Assembly: GCA_020353515.1 (NCBI GenBank)
Contig: CP070695.1
Span: 2,905,231-2,969,230, forward strand
Length of the DNA stretch: 64,000 nucleotides
Origin: Candidatus Heimdallarchaeota archaeon
Lineage (GTDB): Archaea > Asgardarchaeota > Heimdallarchaeia > Hodarchaeales > Hodarchaeaceae
Direction of reading: 5' to 3'
The notes below the pieces were generated by a model that was not told the DNA's origin, did not search any database, and worked only from the letters and a program-made list of their open reading frames with translations. A program made the position numbers and the translations under genes. Numbering within the stretch: position 1 is the stretch's first letter; each line of letters starts with the position of its first letter. Shown in pieces: positions 39,766 to 51,300 of the stretch.

Positions 39766-40243
39766 TTACTCCTTCTGCAATTTCAAGAGTTTCTTGTTTA
39801 TATTAGTTAGGATACTTTCAATTACTTTTTGGCTTTTTGGGATATTCTCCAGATCTGAAGAAAAGGTTCTAACTTCATTTTCAATGTTTTTGATAGTTTT
39901 TTCAATATTTTCAAGACGTGATTCTGTCCTGAAATCTAAGCTGCCCATTGATCCCTTACTAGATGGTGTACTTTCAAACTTATAATCAACATCTTGTGTA
40001 GACAACTCCGAACTTGATGGTACTTGTTTCGGATGTTTTGGAAATAGTTGTGCTTTGAAAAGTTGATGAAGAACTGGGGGTTGTAGCAGGAGGAGGGGGT
40101 TCTTCAAAATTACCTTGTAATTCTATGGGGACAATTGGTTTGAAATCATCGGCTGACCGATCATGAAAAGATTCATCACTGCCACAGTGTGGACAAGGAA
40201 ACTTCATCACATAATTTTTACATTTTCTGCAAACAGGACTAAT
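39766..40243 (-). pseudogene. Zn-ribbon / PST-linker / coiled-coil gene with an ATT start and an internal frameshift
   Basis: SD GGAGAGG then ATT (40241-43) opens ISPVCRKCKNYVMKFPCPHCG. The frame switches near 40021 into the coiled-coil ORF ending at 39766. Confidence 0.6.
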
Positions 40244-40343
40244 TGAAATTCCTCTCCATGAATATATTGATTTCGGATTGTGTGGGATATATTTTCATTA
40301 AAATAAAGCTTTTCCAAAAGAAAAAGTTGAGAAATCTTCATCT

Positions 40344-41723
40344 TTATTGGGTTGCTGTTGTAATTCGACAATCTTTTACACGAACCGATCCAATCCATGT
40401 GGGGTGCATTATTTCCCACCATTTAACTTGCACTCGATCGTTTCCCATTGCTCCAATATTAGTGAATTGCCGTAATAGATTATCACTAATACGAAAGTTC
40501 TTTATTGGCTGACTTAGTTCGCCATTTTCAACGATAAATGCTGCGTCTCTTGGAATTGTGCTATACTCGGTTGAGATCACACTTGTGAAACGAGTATACC
40601 AGTTGCATGTTACAAAAACAGCAGGGCCCGATCCTTCTAGTAGTTCTTCAAAGGAATGATCTCCATTATTAAACACCAAACTAGTAGGAGTAGGACCTAA
40701 GAATTTTGTCCCCATACCAAATCTTATTAACTCTCCATTACCTGTACTAGTTCCTCCCGCCATCTTAGCTGTTGTAGTATTATGAAGAAAATTTATTAAC
40801 ACCCCATCTTTGAAAATAGGAGTATTTTGACGAGGTGTTCCTTCAATATCGAAAGGAGAAGACCGTAATCCATCCTTCTGCAAACCATTATCTTCTACTG
40901 AAACATAGTCTGGTCCTAATTTTTCTCCCATTTTATCCCCTAATGCGCTTCTTCCCATCAGGATCATAAGGGGATTCGCCATAGCTGGAATTCTTCCTAA
41001 TAGATCTGCCGCAACCGCTGGATTCATAATGATATCATATTTCCCCCTTTTAGCTTGTTTTGCCCCCTTGTGGAGTTTAGAGAAATGGCCAGCTCGTTCT
41101 CCAGCAGCAAGAATTTCCTGTTCAGCGTTAAAAGGAATTCGTCCGCAAGCTAATCCTTGACCAGAAGCATCTAGTTCATCTTGAAACGCCCTGACTGTAA
41201 AATTGTAGTAAGTTCCAGCATAACTCCCACTAGGACCCGCCGAACTCTTCAAATAGATAGTTTTATCTCCAAAGAGATAAGATCCTGCTATTCTAACGCC
41301 ACCTGCGGAGATTGCGGTATCGATAGAGGCATTTACATCATCAGGAGCTTTTTCACGATAATCTTGAATTTTGGTATCTGCTAGCCAATCTTGTTTAGGA
41401 TATTTTGAGATCTTCTCTTCAACTCCTTGGAAAAAAGGACTTACTCCCATCTTTTTAGTGAATTTTACAGTTGCTTCTACTCGTTCCTTTACATTTTTAT
41501 CTGAAGTTGGAGAAAATTCACTGATAGAAAGACGATTTTCATCAACAACTATAACCAATTCTATCTTTTTTGAGTCCCATTGTTTATTAATATCGATCTT
41601 GTTTTGAGAAAATCTTATCTGGTTTTCTATATTTGAAATCCCCCGTGCAATAATAAGATCAACATTCAATTTCTGACCAGTTTCAATTGATAATTCAACA
41701 TAACCTTCCATCTGTTCTGACAT
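40344..41723 (-). CDS. TldE/PmbA-like protein
   Basis: PFDIEGTP, STGNG, PIKNFRISDNL; no HExxxH. ATG at 41723 follows an SD. Confidence 0.88.
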   Translation of the reverse strand: MSEQMEGYVELSIETGQKLNVDLIIARGISNIENQIRFSQNKIDINKQWDSKKIELVIVVDENRLSISEFSPTSDKNVKERVEATVKFTKKMGVSPFFQGVEEKISKYPKQDWLADTKIQDYREKAPDDVNASIDTAISAGGVRIAGSYLFGDKTIYLKSSAGPSGSYAGTYYNFTVRAFQDELDASGQGLACGRIPFNAEQEILAAGERAGHFSKLHKGAKQAKRGKYDIIMNPAVAADLLGRIPAMANPLMILMGRSALGDKMGEKLGPDYVSVEDNGLQKDGLRSSPFDIEGTPRQNTPIFKDGVLINFLHNTTTAKMAGGTSTGNGELIRFGMGTKFLGPTPTSLVFNNGDHSFEELLEGSGPAVFVTCNWYTRFTSVISTEYSTIPRDAAFIVENGELSQPIKNFRISDNLLRQFTNIGAMGNDRVQVKWWEIMHPTWIGSVRVKDCRITTATQ

Positions 41724-41734
41724 TCTTTCGCACC

Positions 41735-43147
41735 TCAACCAAGCTTGATATCCCGCATACGAATACACCCACCTCCCGCATACACAGGTACTCCCTGAGC
41801 TGGGTCACTCTTTCCACAAATACCAGGAAAATCAAAGACTAAATCTTTGGAAACTGCGTCGATAGAAGAAAACAAGCCTTTAGATGTAAGCTCCATGACA
41901 GGACGACGTACCATTGTTTCAGTCACTTCTCCATTCTTGATTTCATAACATTCAAAACCAACGTATTTGGATTGATATCGTCTATCATCTATATTCCATT
42001 CTGTAAATGAAAGCATGTAGATCCCGTGCTTTACCCCTTCGATCAATTCTTCCAAAGTAAAATCTCCTGGTTTCATATATGTATTTGCCATACGAATTAT
42101 CGGCTCACGATTGAAGTCTGAGGATCGAGCTGCTCCGTTAGATCCCAATTTAAATTTCACACCGTATTCTCGATTAAGTAGAGGTTCATTTATCATTCCA
42201 TCTTTGATTAGAATCCTTTCACGAGCCTTAACGCCTTCATCATCATATTCATAATAACCTCCCGTTCCTGGAATTGTTGGATCTTCGGCAATAGTTACAT
42301 GTTCGGAACCTACACGAGATTCTTTGAGTTTTAGATCACGCCAAAAGGATTCACCTGCTTGTGCCCCTTCGCGACCCTTAATTCGGTCTCCCTCACTAGG
42401 ATGACCACAATTCTCATGACATATAATCCCCACGACTTCAGGACCAACAACGAAATCTATCTTTCCTGTTATTCTATTATTTGATTGTGCTGCAACTTTG
42501 GCTAGGCTGGCACAATCGTTATCATATTTATCAATCCAAGTTTTTGTACCTTCCCACCCTGTACTCCGAGTCAAGTCCACCCAGCGTTGTTCAGAATCAA
42601 GCAATCCTTTCGCTGTTAAGATTCCATAAAATTTTAGCATAGACGATTCGGACTCAATTCGTGTTCCTTCGGAGGTGACAAGATATTTTTCATTGCTTTG
42701 AGCCTCAAAAAAGTTCGCACGGGTATTAATTCCATGATTTTCAGCTTTCTTATCCATTTCTTGTAATAATTCAAGCATTGTATCGGTATCAACGTCTATT
42801 ACTCTTTGTTTGGTGGCTACAGCCCATTTTGCTTCATTAGAAATTGGTTCACCGAAATCAATCTTCTCTTTGGGATTTGAACCTTTCACCATTTTGATTC
42901 CATGATTGATCGCGTCCTTCACTGTGTTCTTGGATAATTCATCTATTGACATAAACGCAAGTCCTCCATTTTTCAACACACGAAATCCAATACCAAGCCA
43001 TGGCCGTTGAGATCCTGAAACCAACATGCCATTACGGAGAAAAAGAAAGGTTCGTTGGCCATTAATTAACCTAGCTTCTGCATAATCCACTCCATTTTCT
43101 TGAGCGTAATTTACTCCAAATTCAGCAAAATCTTTAGCATATGACAC
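41735..43147 (-). CDS. tldD: TldD metalloprotease
   Basis: HENCGH Zn motif, YDDEGV, SNGAAR, RMANTY, C-terminal CGK. Confidence 0.92.
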   Translation of the reverse strand: MSYAKDFAEFGVNYAQENGVDYAEARLINGQRTFLFLRNGMLVSGSQRPWLGIGFRVLKNGGLAFMSIDELSKNTVKDAINHGIKMVKGSNPKEKIDFGEPISNEAKWAVATKQRVIDVDTDTMLELLQEMDKKAENHGINTRANFFEAQSNEKYLVTSEGTRIESESSMLKFYGILTAKGLLDSEQRWVDLTRSTGWEGTKTWIDKYDNDCASLAKVAAQSNNRITGKIDFVVGPEVVGIICHENCGHPSEGDRIKGREGAQAGESFWRDLKLKESRVGSEHVTIAEDPTIPGTGGYYEYDDEGVKARERILIKDGMINEPLLNREYGVKFKLGSNGAARSSDFNREPIIRMANTYMKPGDFTLEELIEGVKHGIYMLSFTEWNIDDRRYQSKYVGFECYEIKNGEVTETMVRRPVMELTSKGLFSSIDAVSKDLVFDFPGICGKSDPAQGVPVYAGGGCIRMRDIKLG

Positions 43148-43371
43148 TCTTTGTCAACTCACGAAAATCCATTCTGTCAAAAATATTCATGTAGTATTTG
43201 GTAATTTTCTTTCTAAATATATATATTTCTCTGTCCCTTCCTCTTGGTTTATTTTTGTGAATTTTCGTGCGAATTTAGGACAATAAAGTTGAAAATTAAG
43301 GTTGTTATTCACAGAGAAAAAAGAAAAAAACCCCAATTGACTGATTGTGGAGAAATAATCAATCGTTTAAA

Positions 43372-43512
43372 TTAATGCCAATTCCAACGTGTCTGTGCTA
43401 ATTCTTTGGCTGAAATTTTGGGTTCTTTTCCATATTTTCTCTCTAGATAAGTAAAATCTTCATCTGAAGATTTTTTTGGTTGATTTTTAGAGGAAGGACT
43501 TTGTGATGACAT
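43372..43512 (-). CDS. 46-aa micro-protein MSSQSPSSKNQPKKSSDEDFTYLERKYGKEPKISAKELAQTRWNWH
   Basis: Translated by hand; ATG preceded by AAGGT; below the ORF track cutoff. Confidence 0.45.
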   Translation of the reverse strand: MSSQSPSSKNQPKKSSDEDFTYLERKYGKEPKISAKELAQTRWNWH

Positions 43513-43634
43513 ACAACCTTTATTAGTGTATGAATCATTTAAATTCGAAAGAGAGAGAGTGGAGCGAAAATGATCTCTTTAAGTAATGAATCCTTATAAA
43601 GGCCTTTTTTCAGGTATTACTATTGAGGATATTT

Positions 43635-43766
43635 ATGGAAATGAAGAAAAATCGCTTTTCTCAACGTTTAAAGAAACAAAAAATAAATAAAGAAGTTGTA
43701 GAACAGATTAAGGACACAAAACGTCGGATGAAAGAGAAAATTGTAAATGCAAAACCAAAAGAATGA
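43635..43766 (+). CDS. 43-aa basic micro-protein MEMKKNRFSQRLKKQKINKEVVEQIKDTKRRMKEKIVNAKPKE
   Basis: GAGG SD upstream of the ATG; purine-rich, coding-like sequence. Confidence 0.55.
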   Translation: MEMKKNRFSQRLKKQKINKEVVEQIKDTKRRMKEKIVNAKPKE

Positions 43767-43858
43767 TTAGGCTTGATGTTGCTTCTCATTCACTAATAAA
43801 GCCAAAATCGGATAACAAATCAATAACAAATACAATTGTAATTCATAGAGGTTTCCAC

Positions 43859-43972
43859 ATGCCCCGAAAAGGTAAGGGAGTTAAACGTATTCTCCGAGAA
43901 GAAAAACGATTAAGAGAAAAGAAGAAGCAAGGAGAAAAATCTTGGCAGTATAAGAAAAAGAATAACGATTAA
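43859..43972 (+). CDS. 37-aa basic micro-protein MPRKGKGVKRILREEKRLREKKKQGEKSWQYKKKNND
   Basis: GAGGT SD at 43848-52 before ATG 43859. Confidence 0.55.
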   Translation: MPRKGKGVKRILREEKRLREKKKQGEKSWQYKKKNND

Positions 43973-44117
43973 ATTCCAGGATCAAAAAGATGGGGAAGCT
44001 TCGGAACGTGAAAAACATAAACAAATCATTCTATGATTAACAACCCCATAGTTTTGGAAATGATGTTGTTACTCCTCTTAAAGCAACAATTTTCGGATAA
44101 TACACTAGTTAAGATTA

Positions 44118-44672
44118 TTAGCGTTCTTTTTTTTGTATTTTTGATAGTTTTCCCTTCGAAACGTCATAAATGTAACCTACTACTTCCACTTCAGCTGGAG
44201 AAATAAGTGGATGCTCCTGAATGGTCTTCACAGTTTGATGTATCTGTACTTCAACGTCATTAAAGCCTAGAAATGCATCAGCGGAATCAGAAGAGCTTAA
44301 GAGGTTGAGAACTTTTTCCCCTGAAATTCCAGTCTTTTTCGATATCCTTGCGAGTAATCTTGTCATGTACTCCTTTGTCATTTCTGCTCCACAATCTGTG
44401 TGACCAACAACCACAATTACATTCACATTAAGCTCATAAATAGCGATAAGTAACGAACGAAGACTATCAAAAGTTAATAACGCACCTGCAGTTCGAATGA
44501 TAATAGCGTTCCCTGGTTCCTCAATCCCAAAGACACTAGTGATTATCCGACAATCCATACAAGTGAGAATTGCTACTCTCCACTGGGGTTGAGTAGTTAA
44601 TTCGCTATATGGAAAGTAAAACTTGATATTTTGCCAAATTCTAAATTTCTCATCTAATTTATACACATCCAT
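44118..44672 (-). CDS. Beta-class carbonic anhydrase
   Basis: CMDCR and HTDC Zn ligands; GYIYDV. Confidence 0.9.
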   Translation of the reverse strand: MDVYKLDEKFRIWQNIKFYFPYSELTTQPQWRVAILTCMDCRIITSVFGIEEPGNAIIIRTAGALLTFDSLRSLLIAIYELNVNVIVVVGHTDCGAEMTKEYMTRLLARISKKTGISGEKVLNLLSSSDSADAFLGFNDVEVQIHQTVKTIQEHPLISPAEVEVVGYIYDVSKGKLSKIQKKER

Positions 44673-44847
44673 TTCTTATCACAGTAAAGACAGTCATGTG
44701 TTATTACCACTCCTCCTATTTAAGCTTGTATATCTTGGAATTGAAGTGACTTTTAGTTAATCACATCATTATAGATTTTTGGACTAGTACAGGAGAATCT
44801 CACATAGAGCTGAAAAAGCATAATAAAAAGAGGTTCTTGCTGAAACC

Positions 44848-46560
44848 TCAAATTTCAACAGGGGGTAAACTCAAGGTTGATATTGATGATAAATCAAGTT
44901 CAAAGGCAGCTGCAGGTACAAATAATTCCCAATTTTCAAGTAAAGTTGGTGATATCTCCCCAATTATTCCTACTTCTTTACCATCAACTTTAATTTTAGC
45001 AGTTCTTCCTGATATGAATTCAGATGATTCTATGACTTCTAACTCATATCTTACTCCAAGACCCTGTATTAAAGTTTCGAGAATGCTGTGACAATGCTCA
45101 AAAGATACTTCTGTACCAGCCATGATAACTGCAGTCTTAGAAATTGTTTTTACAGAATTTTTCTCTAGTTTTACAACTTCTCCCACTTCAAAAAGATATT
45201 GTGGATATTCATTGTGTGTATTCCGAGAGAGGAAATCAAGCAAACCAGGGAAAAGTCTATTCCTCATAACTGAATAAGTTGAACTCACCGGATTCGCGAC
45301 TTGGACAAAAGAAGAAATAATATCACTCTTATACCCCATCAAAGTAGATAGTTTTTCAGGATCGGTGAGACTGAAACTAAGGACTTCTTGTAAGGAACAA
45401 CCACTTAAGATCTCACGGACATAATTCTCACTTATTGTTCGGGAAGATAAATTTCCAATCGTTGGAACTTCTGAACCAGCTGGTTCAATATTCATGTATC
45501 CATATGCTATAGCAACCTCCTCTGCAACATCGACCCAATGAAGTAAGTCAACCCGATAGGGAGGATATTTGACTTTTATTAACCCATTTTGTTCTGTAGC
45601 GTCAAATCTTCTCTTCTTAAGTAATTCGATGATTTTTTCTACTGTTAAATCAAGACCTAAATACCCTTTAATGTTTTCTGAGTTAACTATTATTTCAAAA
45701 GGCTCAGTTTCAGGAGTAACTAGTGTTGTTGGCGCATCCCCATGATTCTCTGGATAATGAATTTCAACGCTATATACTTTACCACCACGATCTCTTATTG
45801 CTTGAGTAATCAATGTATTGACGACTTTGACAACTTCAAGATTTGTACCAGTCACTTCCACCAACACATCAGTTGTCTCCTCATTTACACGTCCAACATC
45901 ATTACTATTGATGATTGGAGGCATAGAAAGAACCACACCATTAACGTCTCGAAGAATGGGTAGATCACCTTTACTGGGTAAAATGTGACAATATTCAACG
46001 CCTTTTTCATGTCTTGCTAAGATTTCATCAAGAGTCATTTTTTTAGTATATCCAAGAGGATAAAACGAAGTTGTCCGTGGAGTGAGCTCATATAAAATTG
46101 GACTTTCTAACATGTTAACATTATAAATTCCTATTGAAGAACGACTACGACGACGTCCATATGAGAAATCAACTTTTTCCTGTAGTTGGATCAATTGCTT
46201 AATTAGAAAATCGGAGAATTTCACTCCCCTAATAATAGAACAAGCAATGTATGGACGTATAGTTTTGAGTCGAGGGTCAACTTCAATCACAAAACCACTA
46301 GGTTCAGCAGAAATCTCAGGTAAATTTATGTGCAATCCCATCGCACCACTAACCTCTCTCACAAGCCCTTCTACTCCCCAGAGGTCAGGCCGATTCGATG
46401 TTTTACAGTCTACTTTTATGTACCCTTCATCCGCTAAATCGTGCTCTTCAATTTCAGATTTAGCAAAGCTAAATAGATTGTCGAGTTCCTCTATCGTAGT
46501 ATCATCTGGTAGATTGAGTAATTCAATAACATCATAATAAGAGATTTTAAAAGCAACCAA
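44848..46560 (-). CDS. pheT: Phenylalanyl-tRNA synthetase beta subunit (archaeal/eukaryotic type)
   Basis: NRPDLW, SMPPIINS, PPYRVDLLH, EEVAIAYG. TTG at 46560 follows GAGGTG. Confidence 0.95.
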   Translation of the reverse strand: MVAFKISYYDVIELLNLPDDTTIEELDNLFSFAKSEIEEHDLADEGYIKVDCKTSNRPDLWGVEGLVREVSGAMGLHINLPEISAEPSGFVIEVDPRLKTIRPYIACSIIRGVKFSDFLIKQLIQLQEKVDFSYGRRRSRSSIGIYNVNMLESPILYELTPRTTSFYPLGYTKKMTLDEILARHEKGVEYCHILPSKGDLPILRDVNGVVLSMPPIINSNDVGRVNEETTDVLVEVTGTNLEVVKVVNTLITQAIRDRGGKVYSVEIHYPENHGDAPTTLVTPETEPFEIIVNSENIKGYLGLDLTVEKIIELLKKRRFDATEQNGLIKVKYPPYRVDLLHWVDVAEEVAIAYGYMNIEPAGSEVPTIGNLSSRTISENYVREILSGCSLQEVLSFSLTDPEKLSTLMGYKSDIISSFVQVANPVSSTYSVMRNRLFPGLLDFLSRNTHNEYPQYLFEVGEVVKLEKNSVKTISKTAVIMAGTEVSFEHCHSILETLIQGLGVRYELEVIESSEFISGRTAKIKVDGKEVGIIGEISPTLLENWELFVPAAAFELDLSSISTLSLPPVEI

Positions 46561-46571
46561 TTGTAACACCT

Positions 46572-48065
46572 CTAAGTCATGGGTACTGTGCGGAGCCATT
46601 CCAAGTTTTGTGTGAATAGCTCACGTATATCGTTAATCCCACGTTTTACCATATAGAGACGATCTACACCAAGACCCCAAGCAATGACTGGGTCTGTAAT
46701 GCCGAAAGGAGCAGTAACCTCTGGACGAAAGATACCAGAACCACCAAATTCGATAAATCCGAGCTTGGGATGATAAGCACTAAGTTCAGCTGATGGACTC
46801 GTGAAAGGATAATAATCTGGTTTGAATCTCACCTTAGTAGCACCAGCAATCTCTGTGGCAAACGTTTTAAGAAGGCCTAGGAGAGTACGGAACGTTATTG
46901 ATGGATCACAGGAGATTCCCTCTAGTTGATTGAATTCGGAAAGGTGTACAGCATCAACGGAATCAGGCCGATAGCATCGTGCAATACAGAAATATTTAGC
47001 TGGGATTTCAAGGTGATATAACGTTCTAGCACTCACAGATGTCCCCTGAGGTCTTAATATCAGTTGTGCAGCTTTTCGTGGATCCCATCTGTATCTCCAG
47101 CCTCGTGAACCCGTAGGTTCACCTGTTTCATGAACTAGTTGGACATTCTTCACCAATTCTTTGTCTTTTGGAAGTGTTCCATGAGTCGGGTGTTTTATAG
47201 TGTAAACATCGGACCACTCCCGTGCTGAATGGTCTTGGGCTTGAAATAAAGCATCAAAATTCCAAAATTCACTCTCAACAAGTGGCCCCCTCATTTCAGT
47301 AAATCCTAGACCTATAAGTTTTTGTTTCACTTCATCTAAGAACATCAAATACGGATGTTTACGGCCTACGGGGAATTTTTTAGGACGACTGGTAACATTA
47401 TAACTTTTTAGCTGTAATGATCGCCATTGACCAGATCTGATCTGATCAGAGGTTAATCGTGAAACAGTCTCAACAATTTCACTGTCTGATAATGCTTTTG
47501 ATCCTAGCTTAGTTATTTGAACGGACGCGTATTGGCGTTCTTTTACCTCAATAAATCCTCTATTCGATAGGATTTTTCGAATTTCTTTAGGAATGGGAAA
47601 TAATGGATCTTTGGATACAGATCTTAAAATATCTTCTAATTCTTGATTTAAATCTGAAACTGGTTTAACAGGAATTAATACTCCTTTGGTAATCTTGATT
47701 ATACCAGCTTTTCTAAGATGTCCTACACCTGCATTTACTGCTTGTCTGGATAGATCCAGAAGAGATGAGAGATGAGCTATTGGTATTCCATCAGGTTTGT
47801 TATTCAATTCATTTAGGATTAAATTTTCAGGGAATCCTTTGCTAAGAACTTCATTCCCCTCTTCCGTAAGCCAAATCTTATTGATTGATTTCACCTCTCG
47901 AGTAGCTAAATCGTCTCTACTTAATCGCAAGGTTATCTGTTCAACTTTTGCATGGGATAGCTCGGTTATTTCAGCTATTTCATCAATCGTTAAAGAACCA
48001 CTATCCTTTAAATGCTTTAGGACTGCTGCCATCTCTGATGTAATGAGGATAGAATCGGTATTCAA
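46572..48065 (-). CDS. pheS: Phenylalanyl-tRNA synthetase alpha subunit
   Basis: FWNFDALF, QDHSARE, HLSEFNQLEG, YYPFTSPS, AWGLGVDRL. Confidence 0.96.
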   Translation of the reverse strand: MNTDSILITSEMAAVLKHLKDSGSLTIDEIAEITELSHAKVEQITLRLSRDDLATREVKSINKIWLTEEGNEVLSKGFPENLILNELNNKPDGIPIAHLSSLLDLSRQAVNAGVGHLRKAGIIKITKGVLIPVKPVSDLNQELEDILRSVSKDPLFPIPKEIRKILSNRGFIEVKERQYASVQITKLGSKALSDSEIVETVSRLTSDQIRSGQWRSLQLKSYNVTSRPKKFPVGRKHPYLMFLDEVKQKLIGLGFTEMRGPLVESEFWNFDALFQAQDHSAREWSDVYTIKHPTHGTLPKDKELVKNVQLVHETGEPTGSRGWRYRWDPRKAAQLILRPQGTSVSARTLYHLEIPAKYFCIARCYRPDSVDAVHLSEFNQLEGISCDPSITFRTLLGLLKTFATEIAGATKVRFKPDYYPFTSPSAELSAYHPKLGFIEFGGSGIFRPEVTAPFGITDPVIAWGLGVDRLYMVKRGINDIRELFTQNLEWLRTVPMT

Positions 48066-48348
48066 TCTGTTTGAAGCTCCTTCATCTCGTAGTGTTCAAT
48101 TCTAATTGTTTTTTGAGAAATTTGAGGTTGATGTAAAAGTAATTGGAAAAATAAGGGGATTGCTACATCTATTGATGCCTTGTTGAATTTATGAAAAGAG
48201 TTATTTTCACTTAAAGCTATGCAAAGTCCAAGGCATCTACCTCAAACGGTGTGAAAAAATTTATTATTTTAAATCTTTCTATATTATCCCTTTTTTTCTT
48301 TTATATACCCTTGAATATCGATTTTCTTATTACTATATTGCTATTAAA

Positions 48349-51300
48349 TCAAGCCTGGGTTCTATATTCCCAACCTGGCTTGACTATCATACCTTCTCTC
48401 CTTCTTCCATCAATTATAACTAGAAAAGGACTTTCCACCCGAATATGTCGCACAAATTCAGTTTCATTTTCAATGTTTTTCAAAGATTTCAACCAGTTCC
48501 ATTCAATATAGTCTTTCTTAGACTTATACTTTATATAGAAGTAACCGATATTAGCAGTAGTAATATTTTGAAAAAAATGGCTTCCTTGCGAATGTTCTAC
48601 TTGAAAGTCTTCCAAACCAGTTTCAATAATTACCTGAGCACCCGAAATGTGGTTCCATTTCACAGGAATCCCTAAAAAACGGTCAAATGTTCCCCAACGC
48701 CCAAATCCTAAAAGGATGTAGGGAATACCTTGATTTTTCAGATTTTGATTTATTTGATCAATTTCACTTACCATCTCACGGGTTTTCATTTTATTAAAAG
48801 ATTCAGGTTTCAGAAAGACGATATCATTGATATTTTTAATTATCCTATTACCAGAAATTTGTGATGAATATGCTAATATCTCGCCTTTAGGAGCTGAAAT
48901 GACTTCTTCAGCTAGGAGTTCATCCTGTTCCACAAATGGGCGAATTTGTAATGGGTAAAAAGTAGGTCTTTTTTTAGGTATATGTTGAAAATTCCCTGCA
49001 AACTCAATTTCTACACTACACCCCATTGCTTTTTCTCCCAGCTCTAGAATTCGAGATATTGTTTTTGTAATAGGGAACGTTCCGAATTTTAATTGGTTAC
49101 TAAAGGTAATTACTGGGGCCCCTTCTCCCATATAACCATTTCGAATTATCTGATCATTATAATCATATGTATCTGCCACTTCTGATAATATTTCTGGATT
49201 AGTATCGAAAATACTAGCTTTTACTAAGAAAGAATTCTCCCCCTCGGAAATATCTGTTGCTGTTGATGCTAGATCAATTGCGAAAAAATCTCTTTGGCTA
49301 TTTTGTAATAGTTGGTCATGGGTTGAATAAAAACTGATTTCAGGATATTTTGGGCAAAAACGAAGAGAAATACCTCCATCTACAATTGTCTTCCCTAAAC
49401 CAACAGCAAGAAATGCAATTCTATCAGTTGGTTTCATGTAGGAAACTGGATAATAATTATATGAGGAGGCTACTCCAGAGAAACTAGGGTAAGAAAGCCT
49501 ATTAGGATGTTCTCTTCCTACCACTTGCTGTATTACAACAGCCATCTTAGATTCCTCTACAGATTGGTCAGTTGATTCAGCATAACTTTTAGCTTTCTTT
49601 AAGAAAGAAGAAGCATACACTAATTTGATAGCATCACAGAGTAATTCTATTCTGGTATTCATATCCTGATTATTTGGTAAGAAGTAAGTTTCAAAGATTC
49701 CTGCAAATGGCTGATATTGAGAGTCTTCTAATAAGCTTGAAGATCTCACTGATAGTGGACCAGTTAGAGACTTTAAAATGAAACTTAAATCGTCCACAAG
49801 GCTTTTTGAAACCTTTGCTTCCAAGAAACTCTTTTTAATATCTTCATCAGGAAGATCTGATAGTGCAATATCATAAAGCTCTGTGTTTTCTTCCATGAAA
49901 AGATCAAATTCACTTGTCCCTATCACAAAAGTCTTAGGTATTCGAATGTCAACATCTTGGGTAAGATCATCGGCCAGAAGGAATGTATTCAGTAGAAATT
50001 GAAGAAATGCAATTCCTCGGCCCTTCCCACCCAATGAACCTGGTCTTAATCGTGTAAATCTTATTGCAGGGTGATGGCTATCTCTATCCCAATCATGTAC
50101 AACACCCCCTGATTTTTCAACAAGTATAGCGTTGATTGACTCAAGTAAGAATTGTCTGAGTTCATCCTCTGTGAGATCGGTAACCTTGACTGGTTTGATC
50201 TTTTGGGCAATAGCAAATTCTGCTCGATTCATTAACCAGCCAGAAAAGTGATCATGTGACCCATGGTATATTAAAGATTCATTAGGCACTACTGAAATAG
50301 CCTGAAATAACTCCAAGATGTTTTTAGCTCGGCCAACAACTGATCCATCAGCTAATTGGAAGATAAAGTCGCCAAATCCTAAATGTCTCAACATAAATTC
50401 TCGTAAACTATATAGAAGACGTCTTGATTTTTTATAGATGAAAAATGCTCCCAATTCCTTAGCTCGTTCTTCATTCTCAAGCTGTCTTGAATGTAACGCA
50501 GTAGGTAGGGTTAAATCATTAGATTTAACCTCTTTAATGAATCTAATCCCTGCATCATCATCTATTTTCCCCTCTCTGGGGAATCGAACATCAGAAATCA
50601 CACCAATGACATACTTCTTGTATTTTTGATAATAATCCATTGCCTCTTCATATGTGCACGCTAAAAGAATTTTAGGTCGAGCTCTCATTTGAAGAAGATT
50701 GTAAAAATCATTTATTCCAGCTGAAATTAATCGATGTGTTTGTTTCATAAGTTCACTATATATCAAAGGCAAGAAGAGCGAATAATGACGAATAGAATCT
50801 TCAACGATGATAATCACTCGAACAAGACCTATTTCGGTATCATGTGCTACATTGAGTTTATCTTCCAGATGTTTTACTATTGCAACAAAAACTGTTGAAT
50901 CACCATTCCACAAGAAAATCCTATCTATTCCCTGTCTTTTAGTAGGATCTGGTAAATATGGAATATTACTAGCATTATTCAATAAAAGGATGACTGGTAT
51001 ATCTCGAACCTTTTTTATCTCTCGTCCAAATGCAAAAGCATCCACATCTCCCAATCTTCTCATGGTAATAATTAAGTCAAATTCTTTTTCATTAACCAAT
51101 TTTAATGCATCTTTGGCCGAGGCGACCCTAGTAATGCTAGGTAAGGTACGAAGATTCAGATTATGAAATTCCTCAAATATTTGATCAGAAAGTCTCCCAT
51201 CTTCCTCTAGAATAAAATTGTCATAGTAAGAACTTACAAGAAGCACTTTATTGATCCTTTTAGTCATTAAATCATGAAAGACCCTATAGGCAGGTTTATA

